64,000 nt of DNA, from positions 372,001-436,000 of the forward strand of contig CT868430.1 in assembly GCA_000165425.1 (NCBI GenBank), written 5' to 3'. Positions 1 through 13,696 of this stretch are shown piece after piece (position 1 is the first letter of the stretch; each line of letters begins with the position of its first letter). The notes under the pieces are model-generated. The model saw only the letters and a program-made list of their open reading frames with translations, had not been told where the DNA came from and did no database searches. Origin of the DNA: Paramecium tetraurelia (lineage: Eukaryota). The position numbers and the translations under genes are program-made.

Positions 1-1092
1 TAAATACTGATGAAAATACTTGTGATAATTGCTACTTCATAATTTAAATTAGATATACTAAAATTATGACAAATACACCAACTTTTTCTATAGAATGAAA
101 TGTAAAGATTAATTCAAAATAAATGAAAAGGAGGAGAAAGATAGTTAGGAATACGTTTGATTATGCTCTTCAAATTTAGTTTTCCTAGAAAAAGTTATAT
201 AAGCATTTGGCAGAAAAACTCTGCAGTGCATCTAAGAATAAGCTGAAACCTCAGTTTGTTGATTAATTCTAAAACAAAAATTTGAAATCGTTTACTAATA
301 CTCATTCACGGTTTACTCATCGAAATTTGTCTTATAGTCTTATAGTAACTAAAATTTTAGTCTTATTATTTAAATTCTTCTTAATAATTAGACGTTTTCT
401 AAAAAATTTTTCTGTTATTTGATCCTAAACTTTTTTTGGCCTATTTTATATAAAATTTTTCCGAAGTCTCTTAAAATCTTATTATTATGGTTCAATAAAA
501 TACATCAGTATAAATCTTATATCTCTCTATTTATTAATGTATAATGCTAAGAGATGTTTTTATAAATAAAAGTAATATATAATTTAATTTATACTTGAAA
601 AAAAATAAGCTTAAATATGATTATCACATATCAATAATTCAGGTTTCAATATTATATCTTATTACTTTTTGATCCATTTAAACTTTATTACACTATTGTT
701 TATCACTACGATTAATCAAACTCTTTTGATGGAAGACAAGAGTTAGAGTCTCATTTAAGGAAAATAACTCTCTATTTGGTTTTTTTTAATATATATTATA
801 ATGATAGCATTTTCTGAAAAGAAGATTTTTTATCAAAAAGTATAAGTTAAAAATATGGAACTAATAATGTGTTAAAATTAGAAAGCCTAGTCATCAATTA
901 AATTTCTAGTTAACAATCAATTTATCTTAATTGATGTGCAAACTAAATAAAGTTTATTATTTAAATTGATTCTTCATATCAATCGTTTTAGCATAAATTA
1001 AGAATTGCGTTTTATAAATCTTGCAAGGTATTAAGATCCATGATTCAAATATTAGCTATATATTTTTGGGAATATATTATTAATATAAAAAA

Positions 1093-3155
1093 ATGGCACT
1101 AATTGCAAATGATACTAAAAGCTTCACCCATTTTGCAGATATAAATACAAGTGAATATTCCCACAAATTCCTTGATAATAGTAATTAGAAAAAATATACA
1201 CCTAGATATTCTGTATTAAGGTTAATTGTTGGATGATCAAGCTTTTCACGGTTATGGCAAGGCAATCTTTCCTAATGGTATCCTTTTCATATTTGATCAT
1301 AGGGGATATATATGAAGGAAACTGGAACAATAACTAATTGGATGGTTATGGAAAGTACACAACAATAGATGAAGAAATTTATGAAGGTTATTGGGAAAAA
1401 AATTAGCTGTTGATATCAGAAATGGTGATTGATTTACCGAAATTTGAGACATAGTTGTTGAAAAAAATGATTGAACAAGAGATTTATAGTAAATATAAGG
1501 AAACAGATATTATAATTTTCGATGATGGTATAATTTAAACACTATGTAGGTTCATCATATAGAGGATAATTAACAGATAACATATAGGATGGTTGGGGAG
1601 CTTAAATTTATTTGAGTGGTATGAATATTCTAAGAAAAAAATAGGTTAAATGTATTAAGGTCAATGGAAGAACGGAAAGTATGATGGGTATGGAATCAAA
1701 TATTTTTTAAATGGGGATGTATACATTGGACATTGGAAGAACGACGAAGCAACTGGTTATGGGGAATACAAATATTTCGAGGGAGCATTTTATCGGGGAT
1801 ATTGGCTACACAGCTTTAAACATTATTTTGGGATAGAGTAATGGAATGAGACAGCTAAATACATTGGAGAATTCTAGAAAGGATTTAAACATGGTAAAGG
1901 AATATTGACATTTAATGATAATTCAACTTATGATGGAGAATTTATTAATGACGAAATCCAAGGTTATGGGGAATATCGTTGGGTTGATGGTCGAAACTAT
2001 GTAGGAGGATGGTATAAAAATAAAATGTAAGGCAACGGGAAAACTACTTGGCCTGATGGAAGAATTTATGAAGGGTCATATGATTAAGACTTGAAATAAG
2101 GGTTTGGATTGTTTTGTTGGCAAGATGGTAAGAAATATATAGGAAATTGGATGTAAGGGAAATAACATGGAATAGGGATTATGTATGCATAAAATGGAGA
2201 CTATAAATTCGGAGAATGGTTTGAAGGAAAGAGGAAGAGATGGCTGGATTAAGTTTAGGATTCCGACATAATTGAGGCATTTAAAGCTGATCATCAATTG
2301 TAAATTCTCCCTTCTATTATAGTGAAATTATTAAGTAGATTGCCACTGATAAAACAGATGAATCTCCATTGAAAGCATCTGAAAGTATTTGGTCTATGCC
2401 AAGAATCAGTGACAAACAACTTATTAGTAGATTTAGTCTAACTTTGGCTTAGAAAGATGGCTAATTTTATATTGGTGAAACAATTAGAGAGGAAAGATCT
2501 GGTAAAGGAAAACTGTTTTCATAAGATGGTTCATTATATGATGGCTATTGGTCAAATGATAAGAGACATGGATATGGCAAGTAAGTCTATTCAAATGGTG
2601 ACACTTATGAAGGCCATTGGATATGTGACAAGTAAAGTGGAATTGGTAAAATGATTTATTCGGATGGTAGTATATTGGAGGGATTTTGGAATGGTTAAAT
2701 CTTGGATGGATATGGAAAGTAAACATGGCCAGATGGTTAATATTATGAGGGTTATTTTTAAAATTGTTTAAGACATGGAGAAGGAAAGTTGTTATTCAAA
2801 GATGGTTCATATTATGAAGGGTAGTTTGAATCAAATGAAATTATTGGTAAAGGAACTTTTACTTGGAGTGATGGTTCATAATATAAAGGGTTTATGAAAA
2901 ATGGTTTAAAACATGGTTAAGGCACATATATTAATTGCGATGGAGATCATCATATTGGATAGTAAAAATAGATAATAATAAATTTTTAGATTCTACAAAG
3001 ACACTTGTCATGGAGATGGAAGTTATGAGTATAATGATGGTAGAATCTACATTGGATCTTGGTTCCATGGAGCAAAGCATGGAAAAGGAACTCTTAAACT
3101 TCCAAATGGATAAAAGTAGGAATTGGTATATATTTTTGGTGAATTAAAAAATTGA
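1093..3155 (+). CDS. MORN-repeat protein (two MORN blocks)
   Basis: Code-6 translation gives many YxGxWxxGxxHGxG repeats (e.g. YEGNWNNNQLDGYG, YDGYWSNDKRHGYG). ATG 1093, TGA 3153-3155, short introns. Confidence 0.9.
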
Positions 3156-3678
3156 TTTAGCTCTTTCTTTTACTTTAATTTTATAAAGCATAATATTTTA
3201 CTATAAATCTCCAGATATGTGTTTTCTTGTTGCTTATTGAATCAAAATTTTATATCAAAAAATAAAGTGAAATTAAATTTTAATCTCAAAGAATATAATA
3301 ATCTAATTTTATTATTGTTTTAATCTATTGCCTTTTCTAAATATCAATTATTTGATCCAACTTATTATATTAAATCTTGATAATAAATTACCATTAATCA
3401 AAATTATTGATAAGTATTAGAAAGGTAATTAAAATTGCCTTAAAATACAATATTTTAAAAGGTTCACAGTTTATATGAATGACTGAAATTGACTATATAT
3501 AGTGACTAAGTTATTGAGATTTGATTATTATTTTATGTTATTTTCATTTCAATTAGGTTTGTTTCTAGTAACAATAACTATTACAAATAACAATACTATT
3601 TATCGATAAACATATTTTATGAAGTTAGAAAAATTGATTTAGAAATAAAATTTATAAAGATAGATAAATTATAAAATC

Positions 3679-4398
3679 ATGACAGAGTCAAGACCTTATT
3701 TTATTCCTTCTTGTATGGCATATTAACTACTTAGCTGCTTCATCCAAGTCGAATACTAAACGATAGAATGCTACTCAATAGTAATCTAATTATGAAGCAT
3801 TGCTTTCTCAATTTAGCCAAAGTAAAAGTAATTCCAATAAGTTAACAAAAACTCCATCTTCAATAATTTAGCATGACAAATTTTATGTTCAATAACTGTA
3901 ATAATAAATAACAGATTTAAAAGAGTAGGTTAATTTTTTAATCTAAGAAAACCAGAGATTATAGTAACGATAAGACAGACAATTACAAGTAATGAAGTTC
4001 TTTTTTTATTTTAGAGGATAAAAGAACAATATTAGTAATTAACAAAATTTAGCAATGTTATACAATTAGTGCAACAATTAAAAATAGAAAATCTAGCTCT
4101 CCGATAAAATGTTTAATCTCTAAAGCTTGATTTTACTATTCAAATGAATCCATTAAAATAATTATATCATCATATTATCCAAATACCAAAGTAATAAATC
4201 AACGACATTATGTAAATAAGATTACAATAGCAAGAAAGTATAAATATCATAAATCATAGCCTAAATATCTCAACAATAAAATAAAGTTGAGATTCTCAAT
4301 TTAGAACGAACACAACTATTGGAATTATGTTCGAAATAAGAAGAATAATTGATTTCAATATTATAAAAGTAGATTTCCAGCTGAAATATTCACTTTGA
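3679..4398 (+). CDS. hypothetical Q-rich/coiled-coil protein
   Basis: ATG 3679 followed by open code-6 frames with candidate tiny introns. The 3' end is approximate and no family was recognised. Confidence 0.5.
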
Positions 4399-4967
4399 TG
4401 GTGAATATTATTTGTATCCTTTTTATGATATCATTAAATGTATTAATAAATAAAGATATTTCTTATTAGTTTCAGAACAATATTATATTAATAATATCCC
4501 TTGTTAGGATAATATTATTTCTGAAATTAAAAATGAAAGAACTCAAAATTTACATGTGCTTAATCTAGATACAGAATATCTTGAGTACTTTAATTAGTTA
4601 TAAAGGTTAAAGAATTTAAATAGGTCATAAAACTACCAAGAGATAATTTCCTAAATATAGACTAATGTATTATTAGGATTGTTAAATCTTTATAATTTTA
4701 GATTTTATCATTGCATGAAATATGTAATCAATAATTAAAACAAGAAGTGTAATTTGTTCTAGATTTTGAGTATATTTGTAACTTCTTGAAAGTTATAAAA
4801 ATCCGATCGAATTAAATAAATTAATATATGACATTCTAAACAAAATCATATTTTAAAATATTCAATATAAAAATTTTGACTTTCTAATTATTTTAATAAT
4901 TTTAAAAACTGATCTTAATTAAGAGTGAGAATCATAATGGATTAGATATTGATCTTTATTTTATAAA

Positions 4968-6734
4968 TCAAAATGATTGATCTCCCTCAGATTATTATTA
5001 GTATTCTTCATCTTCTTAATCATCCTATTCTTCTACAATCTCACCTTATTGAGAATTTATTGGTTAATCATATTCATTCGCAATATTAATTATTTATTAT
5101 TACTCTACATGGTCTTATATCCATATTTTAACAGTTTTATCATCGCTTGCTGTCAATAATTAAGCTGTCTAGCTATGCCAATCAACGAAATTAATTGGTT
5201 AATTGTGTCCATCAATGACATTTTATTGTAATTGATTGTTTTTATTAAAAAAGTATACTTTACCATCTTGACTACCAACACAAACATAATTGTCCTTCTT
5301 ACTGCCAAAACAACATTTCATCTCTATGCCTTTAACTTGAAATCCAAAAAAAACATGCAACTTTTAAAATGTCTTAAGACTCCAGAGATGCAATTTTGGT
5401 TTTTCTTTAGAAACATTTAAAACTAAGAATTATTAATTTTAGCTGACAGCAGATGAAACAATCAATTCTTATTCTTCCATATGAGTTATTATTTTATTGA
5501 ATTTGGAATCATTTTCAATGACAGTAATTGAAAATATAGCAGCATTGTGAAGTAACAAGTATTAATCAGTCAACAGAATATTTTTAACCACTTTACTTTT
5601 TATCTAATTCACTAATTTTCCATTATCTTACCATATTCCTATCCATCCATCTACACCTCCACTAAATAATTGACTGATTATAAGATATTAATATACTTCT
5701 TAAAGTAAGCCAAGCACAAGACTTCGTTGGTATGCTAACTCATTGTTACTTTTATTTAGGCAGTTTATACATCATAACAATTAATTTTTTTATCATTTGA
5801 TGCTGAAAACAACCTAATCATTTAAAATTATTCAGTTTTACAATTTATCATCTGATGAAAAGACTAGCGAATTTATATCCATCTAATGAGCTTTGCTTAT
5901 TTTTTATTGCTATTCCTTTGAAATAATATAAATTGAATTCTTCTTTGTTGCACAACCAATCCATGTACCTGAATTAGAGAATTTGGCAATCCACACTTCA
6001 TCATCGAAACCCTGAAAAAGAATTGAATTATTTTTAGGTATTTAATAGGACTAACAATTGTGATCAATTAATAAAGAATAATTCTTATTCTCATTAGAAT
6101 CATTGTGATATGGGCATCGCTTAATTTGATATTCTAAAGACTGATCAATCACTTTATCAAATTGTGTTTTTAATGAAAAGTCTCCAAAATTTAAAAGATT
6201 GAGGGTTTTTTAATAAAGTTACAATCTTTACTCCCTTTAATCCATAGGTATTCCCAATTAAACATATAATTGGGAAGCATCTTCTGGGAGAAATATCATT
6301 CTATTTTTATATAATAGTATTTACTTAGCCAAAACCTAAGATTCTTGTTCATTAAATTCGGACAATTACCTTAGTAAATTGACCGCTTACTCATAATTTC
6401 TTTATTGAACTATTTCTAAGTACAATTATTTTTATATCTCGTATTATAATTTCTAATTTAAATAATAGAGTACCCTATTGATCATGTCTGAAAAGTCTAA
6501 TTGTTGCAAAATATTTTCATAGTCACCATTTAAAAAGGATTCTTTTAACTCACTCATTTATGTTGTGTCTAATTTAGTTTGAGATTCATCCTCAAGAATT
6601 TTACAAGCATCATCATATCCCATCTAACTCAATTCTTAAAGAATCATTCTAACTATCTCCTTCAATCTTTCAGGAGAGTCATCAATACTTATAGATTGTA
6701 CTTCTTATAGAGCGAGATTGTCATAAACTTGCAT
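4968..6734 (-). CDS. WDR26/GID7-like LisH-CTLH WD40-repeat protein
   Basis: N-terminal LisH-like EIVRMILQELSQMGYDDACKILEDES, WD40 start GFDDEVWIAKFSNSGTWIGCATK, acidic tail, TGA at 4968-4970. Confidence 0.8.
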
Positions 6735-7622
6735 TTATTAAATTATTATAATTCAATTATAATTAATTTGATGAAATGAGATAAATATACATATGTTTTC
6801 ATAATCCAAATTGTATTAAGTATATTTATAGTTGTATTTAAGGAATAATATTATTATTAGAGAATTCATATCTTTATAGTGGTTTGATTATGGTTGAAAC
6901 ATTTTATTACTATCTTAAAAGCCTTAAACGAAGTAATTCTTGGAAAGTAATTTAATAAAATTGGGTGTTGTAACTGTAAATACAGATAGTTATAAATCTT
7001 CATAAGAATATTAAATAATTAGTAAAAAAAACAAGATAAATTTTCTTTTGAAAATGTTCTTATTACAAGCATGAACATTATGAATGTCTTCCTATAGATC
7101 TATTTTAAATCAATATATTATTTTTTTGTTTTTTGGAATCTAATCTTGATTCTGAAAATTATAGACATCTTGATTTTATGATTAAATATATTAATAAGGT
7201 AATTTAATAAAACAAGTAAGTTAAACAAAATTAAAAATTCTACAGATTTTGAAGTTTTTACTTAAATATTTAGTTTATATGATTTAATAGCTAATATTTA
7301 TATTGGATACCAAAATCAAAGAAACAACATTATTCTATGCTAGAACTCCAAATAATTAATTTTTTCATTTTTAATTAATTTTTATCTCATTATCAATAAT
7401 CAATAATAACGATACTACCTTCAAGACATCCAGAAATCACTATCTGGAAAGGATAAGATTGCTGAACATTATCTATTTTAGCAATAATTCGAAACTAAAT
7501 AATTCAGGATCTGAAAAGTCAATAAATATTTAATTTAATGTATTTTATTTTTATTTTCTTTAAATGGATAAGATAATAAGCTGCTTAAAATTTAATTAAC
7601 ATTATATTTATAAATACAAAAT

Positions 7623-9485
7623 ATGAAAGCAGCAATAGAAAAAGTTAAAGGGAATTTATAATGTCATAAATTGACAATTAGGGAGATTGTTCAGGAGGTT
7701 CTTAAAAAGTCTGATATAGATTTTGAGGATGATGAAGATCTTAAAGTAAGTTATAAAAGGATATTCATTTATAGAAGATTGTAGCATTGCTTTAGAAAGA
7801 TCCGAATCAAAGAACATAACTGGATGTGGATAAAATTAGATTGTCATTCTTTAGATTCAAGTTTTTCTAAGAATTAGAATAATCGATGGGGGCTGATATG
7901 GTTTAAGGGCTATACAAATAATTGGGTTATGAATTGCAGAAAAAAAGACAGGTTATTTTTAACATCGGTGATATCGGAAAAAAGTTTTATATTATTCTGA
8001 AGGGCAGCGTTTGGGTTTTGGTATAGAAAAAGGGATTGTAAGAAGGTTCCGGTCCTACAGAAGAGGATTAAAAATAAGAGGAACAACTAAAAAATGAGAA
8101 GAATAAGGAAATGATGGATAATATGAAAAAGAATAAGAAAAAGAAAAACAAATAAGTAAAATCTTAGGCATTTGTAACTTAAGTAAAATTAGATGATATC
8201 TTTGCCACAATGACAGATCAAGAATATTTGGATACTCAATTTTCAACATTAACAAAGGTAGGAATAATAAATGCAGGGGAAAGTTTTGGTGAAATAGCAT
8301 TAACTAAATAAGTGCCAAGAACAGCCACAATAGTTGCAGCGGAAGATACCCATTTTGCTACAGTTACAAGGGATTAATTTAATAAGTTATTGTCTGTTTT
8401 CTATGAGGCTTAATAAAAACAGAACGTTGGATTTTTAAGCAAAGTTGCTATATTTTCTGAATGGAATGAGCAGATGCTAAATCAATTGTATTATCATTTC
8501 AAATTGGAAGAAAGAAAGCTATTCTAAGTGATTTACAAGGAGGAGGAAGAGGCAAAGTATTATTAGTATATTATACACCTTAGTAATGTCTATTTACTGA
8601 AATAAGGGGAAATAGAATTGTCACGGTTTGTCGATGTAACTCAATAATAAATGTCTCCAAATCTTACACTTTAAAAGTTCTTTACAAAATCTGAAAGAAA
8701 ATTAGAAAGAGTTCGAACTACAGTTATTACAGCAGGTTAGATCTTTGGGCATGAAGAAGTAAGTGGAACTATAAAATTAGGTTATGGCTGGAACAAAAAG
8801 ATAATATAGAGCCATGAGTATAAGCCAGAAAGTTGTTTATTTTGTATTAGATAAATAGAGATTCTTACAGTACTTTTAGAAGGGACAAGCAATTCAAAAA
8901 CTATAAAAATTTGATGCCAAGAAACTAAATTAAAGAGCATAATCTTTGGGTATCATGAAAGAACTCAAGAAAATTCCTTTATTTGTTGAACATAGAGATG
9001 TTCCATTTATAGAACCTCACTAGACTAAGACTAGAGCCAAAAATTCTGTTGAAAGAATAGGAAATCCAGTTGAACATACAGGATATGAAATGCTACAAGG
9101 ACATGGTCATATAAACAAAGCACATTATAATTTTAGAAGGAATATTGACGTTATTAAATAGAATGTTTAGAATAGCGAACCATTATCATTAGATAAAGCT
9201 CTATTTCATATTGAGGCAAGTAAGGGTTCTTAAATAAGCATAATTAATAAAGTAAAAATAGATTAGATTTAGGTTTTTCCTGCCGCTGCTAGACCAAAAT
9301 ATGCGATACCAGAATGCTATATTTCGTCTTAAACTATTATCAAATCTTTGAAGTTACCGAAAATCTTAACAGAGGTTGATTCAGTCATGCTTAATAGAAC
9401 AAATAAGGAGTACTTGAATAGTTTCAAAGCTTCCTCAATCTATTCAAATGGATTTCCTAATGAATCACAACAGACATTAAATTGA
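7623..9485 (+). CDS. cyclic nucleotide-binding domain protein (two cNMP domains)
   Basis: GDIGKKFYIILKGSV, GESFGEIALTKQVPRTATIVA and a second domain with GQIFGHEE. The first domain is split by a charged insertion. Confidence 0.85.
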
Positions 9486-9607
9486 TACTCTTTATTCTTT
9501 ATTTAATAGAGCCAATTTATTGTAATCAATTTCAATTTTCATCTTTATTGATGAATACTTCTCTGTATTGTATTGAATTGATTTTAATTTTAATTATAAT
9601 TTTTAGA

Positions 9608-10993
9608 ATGGATTATCATCCTTAAAAAGGAGGGTATGGAATACCAATGAGTGGTAATATCCTGTCAGGCTATAAACATTATTACAAAGCTACAAATCAC
9701 ATACGAATGCCCTACGTGGAAGAAACCTATGAATTCAAAGAAGAAGATAAGTAAGACCATGTAGATTTCACAAAAAAGGAGAAATCAGGAATAAAGATAT
9801 TTGATGACAACACACTGGAATTTGAATGCAAAAAACTCACTATGCAAGACTTAGAAAAATTGGATTTATAGCAGAGCAACATTACTGAACAAGGCATGTC
9901 TACAATTTGCTCTTCAAAGAATTGTTGCAATATAACTGAATTGGATTTATCAAAGAATTCCTATAATGTGACAGACACCTTCCTCAGATTGATTGGAGAA
10001 TCGTAATATTTAGTTAAACTTGAAACCTTATTCCTTGATGACAGTGCTGTATCTGATAATGGAATTATGTTCATAACACAGCCATTCACAAAACCAGTTG
10101 ATCAATATACTTTGTATGCCACTCACAATTTAAGAAGAACTAAAAAGCATCTGGAATCCACTAGAGGAATGACAGGTTAAAATTTTAATAGTACAGCTGC
10201 TATGACTCATACCAGTGACTCTTAAACTCAGTTCTCAGATTCAAATAAATTCAGAAATTTTGTGAACCATCTTAACAAATTATCTCTTTAAGGATTAAAT
10301 TTAACAGATAGAGGACTCTAATGTATTTCTTTTAGTTAGAATGTGCGTCTTCGATATTTGAATTTGTCATTTACTAAAATAACTGATAAAGGAATCGTTG
10401 AATACTTTAATTCTTCCAATAGTGCATTTTTAGAATACTTAGACATCTCTCATTCATCAATTACAGATGAAAGCATCAAAGCGTTTGCATATTCTGAATT
10501 TTGCAAATCCTTGATTGTTTTCATAATAAATAGTTGCCCATTGACTAATGAGAGTATGATTCATCTTTGCAATTCTCCTAATACTATTAATATGGTTGAA
10601 CTCAATATTGGTACGTTCACTAAGTCTTATATGACTGGAGATGCCATTAGAATTTTAAGTGAAGCAAAATATATGAGTGCATTAAAGAATTTGAATTTGG
10701 ATGGACAACCATTCCCAGAAAGTAATATTGATATTTTAAGTTTAAAGTCACCCTTCTGAAGTTCATCAAGAGTCCTATAATGAATAATATAGAAAAATTG
10801 TCGATAGCAAAGAATGAGGACATCACAGATAGTTTTTGTGGAGCTATCTATGAATTTTATCAGGCAGAACAATACAAGTCTTTAAAGTATTTGAATTTAA
10901 TGAAGACCAATATTACTGAGAGAGGAGTAGTGCAATTATAAGATTTATTTAAATTAGTTCATTCAATTGATAACTTGTCTTCATTGGTAAAAA
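9608..10993 (+). CDS. leucine-rich repeat protein (AMN1/FBXL-like LRRs); 3' end uncertain, may continue to 11348
   Basis: Repeated LxxLDLSxxxITD motifs (LRYLNLSFTKITDKG, LEYLDISHSSITDES). A 26-nt intron at 10722-10747 restores the frame past TGA 10757. Confidence 0.8.
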
Positions 10994-11022
10994 GTAATTA
11001 TTATGTTAATCACTAATTCTAG

Positions 11023-11348
11023 TTAAGGAACAAACAAGAGCAGGGATAAAGTGTTTTATATGTGATCGATGTTTGTAGTAGTAGGATACTGAAAGGGATA
11101 ATTATAGAGATAAAAAACCGCCAATAAATCCACATAATTGCTTTATTTGCAGAACCAGATAGATCACAACAATAGAGTATCCAGCAAAAGCATGTTATGG
11201 ATGTGGCAAAGGGTTCCAAGAGAAAACATGTCATTTGTGTTAAAAACAAACAGGAAAGCATCAATTATTCAGATGTCATCTTTGTGCTATTGGCAATAAC
11301 AAATTCAAATGCTTTAATTGTGATAGAATGATTTTGGCCAAAAGATGA
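11023..11348 (+). CDS. multi-CxxC zinc-binding module, PHF5/Rds3-like spacing
   Basis: The frame reads CFICDRC...CFIC...CYGC...CHLC...CHLC...CFNC then TGA 11346-11348. There is no clear in-frame ATG of its own. Confidence 0.6.
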
Positions 11349-11448
11349 TAACTCTATAATTATTTTACTTATTATTATTTAATATGTAATAAGACGCAAT
11401 AAATAATGAGGAATTTGTGTTAATGATATGTATTAATGTATATATACA

Positions 11449-12044
11449 TCACATCTTGACTTCTTTTAATCCGTCTAAAATGTAAACAAAAGCTGGAGAG
11501 GCTTAACCTTCCTTGTAATAACCAAGAACGATGTGATTTTCCATGTCATATGACTCAGGACAGTAGCTAAACCATAAATTGCATATATTACAATTAGAGA
11601 TCGTTGAAGTTAGCAGAAACCCATTTGATGAATTCACCAGCACCCTTTTAGAATGAAGCAACTCTATTTGGTTTGTTGGCTTCTAAGTATGCCTTGACCT
11701 TCTTGGCATAGGCCTTGAAGTATGTGACATAATCAGCTTTGGTAAATTGTGTTTCAGCGTATTTAAAAGCATCAATAATGTTGTTCACTTTTTAGGCTTA
11801 ATCATCAACACCTCCATCTTCTTCATCTTCATTCTTGCCACCGAAATGACCACCAGCACCTAAAGTTATTATTTCTTTAAATTACCAACATCAACATTGA
11901 GTGCTCCTTTAACAATATCTTATGATTGAACTTCACCAATAACACCTTCGAATTTCTCTTCCATGTTGAAACTGTCTGAAACGATTTCTTCTCCACTGAA
12001 TGCGTCAACGTAGATCTGAATATGGTTTATGTTTATACCTTCAT
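11449..12044 (-). CDS. TCTP: translationally controlled tumour protein
   Basis: MK-IYVDAFSGEEIVSDSF start, VNNIIDAF, YFKAYAKKVKAYL, and C-terminal FVYILDGLKEVKM. Three tiny introns. Confidence 0.95.
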
Positions 12045-12168
12045 TTAATTTTTATCTAATAAAAAGATTTAAATTTCTGGTCATCGTAATTTATGGTTTT
12101 ATATTGTTTTCACAATAATTTAAGCATCTCACATTAGTTAATAAATATATAATAATCTTAATGCAATT

Positions 12169-13596
12169 TCATTACTTCTTTTTCCCTATCACCAAATGTG
12201 CAACTCCCTTTTTCTTCTACTCTTCCTTCAAAGCTTACATCAAGGGTCCTTCTGATTAAGCCCTCATTTTTTATTTTTGTCTTACTAATTCACTTCGCTT
12301 CTTTTTCTCTATTTTATTCTTACTTGGACCATCTCCATGAAATATCCAACACTAATATCTGAATGCTTCTTTAGGTGTCATTAATTTTCCAGAATGATCT
12401 CTATAAACCAAATTTATTTCACCATCCTTTTGTTCTTGATCTTTAAAAACTCTCTGATCCTTATTTCTCCCAACATAGTCATACTTCGATGGATTCAATT
12501 CACCCCTCTTTCTAAGTAACTCTAAAGTTGCTGTCAACCCATGAGCATGTTACTCTTCTTCGAGAAACTCTATTCCACCCTCATCCTTTTTCGTACCATC
12601 ATTATCCTTCTCCTATTACTCTTCTTATTGTTCTTCTTTCTCAACAAATATGTCATTTTTTTAAGTCTCTTCCCTTATGCTTTCTAATTCCATTTTAGAT
12701 TATTATTATCTATTCTAAACAACTAATCTTTCTGTAGGTAATCTAACATTTACAACTGAAGTTGTTCCATTTTTAGTATCTCTAATTGAATATCCTGTGT
12801 TAATTCTAAGGTTTATCTCTTCCATTTCCTTGTCTGTCTTAACATTACTGAGAAAATCAGTTGATTATTCAATGACTTTAATTTCTTACACCTCACTTCC
12901 TTGAATCTTTACTTAAGGTATCATAAATTCATTTTATTTTTACTTCTACAATTCCTCCTCTTTTTATTTATTTTAATCCATCAGCTCCTTAATGTTATCT
13001 TCTTATTTTAGTATTTACTAGTTCATTTTCTATCTTTATTAATTTAAAATGGATCTCTGCAATAATTCATAATCATCTTCTTCCAATAGAGCCTTATCTA
13101 CCTTTGATATTCGTTCTTCAGCAAATGGATTTGCTTATTATGGTTTTTGAAATTTCTTTTTAATCAATGTGGTTGGGATACTTGGCTTATAGTCACTTGC
13201 CACATTATCTATGAAATTCAATGAAATCTGCTAATTTTTGTTTAGTTTGCTTTTTATTGCTTGTAAGTCATTTTATTTTGGTTCTTCTATTATCTTTCCA
13301 TCAGTAGCAATATAAAAGCCTTCTTTTTCTATTTTAATTTCATCATACTTCTCTAGGATCTCCTTTTTCTCTTCCCCATCATATTTTTAACTATAATGAG
13401 CCTTCTTTATTTATTCTTTTAATTTCTCATTTTTTTTAATCTAATCCTAAACTTTGATTTGATCGTTTTCTAGAACATCGTCTACTTCATTTAATTAGTC
13501 ACCATCCAACAACTATTAATCAGCCAAGCAAAGTATCATTTCTCCACCTACTTATATTTCATCCTCATTTACGTCTACTTTGATTTTATGTGACAT
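12169..13596 (-). CDS. SART1: SART-1/Snu66 family U4/U6.U5 tri-snRNP protein
   Basis: C-terminal INLVYRDHSGKLMTPKEAFRYQCWIFHG and GLTATLELLRKRG match the SART-1 hallmark. Confidence 0.85.
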
Positions 13597-13696
13597 TTTA
13601 ATTTTTATATATTAATGAATTAATATTGTTGTAGATTGTGTGAAGCACAATACTACGATTAATAGTTCTCTATAAATTTAAAGGAAAAATCAAATT

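Noticed and set aside
1..1090. Possible gene fragment at the window start
   Set aside because: Could not establish a consistent frame or family.
2076..3147. Short ORF-track entries over the MORN gene
   Set aside because: Off-frame or antisense products of standard-code translation.
10757..10759. In-frame TGA as possible selenocysteine or readthrough
   Set aside because: A canonical 26-nt intron (10722-10747) shifts the frame and removes it.
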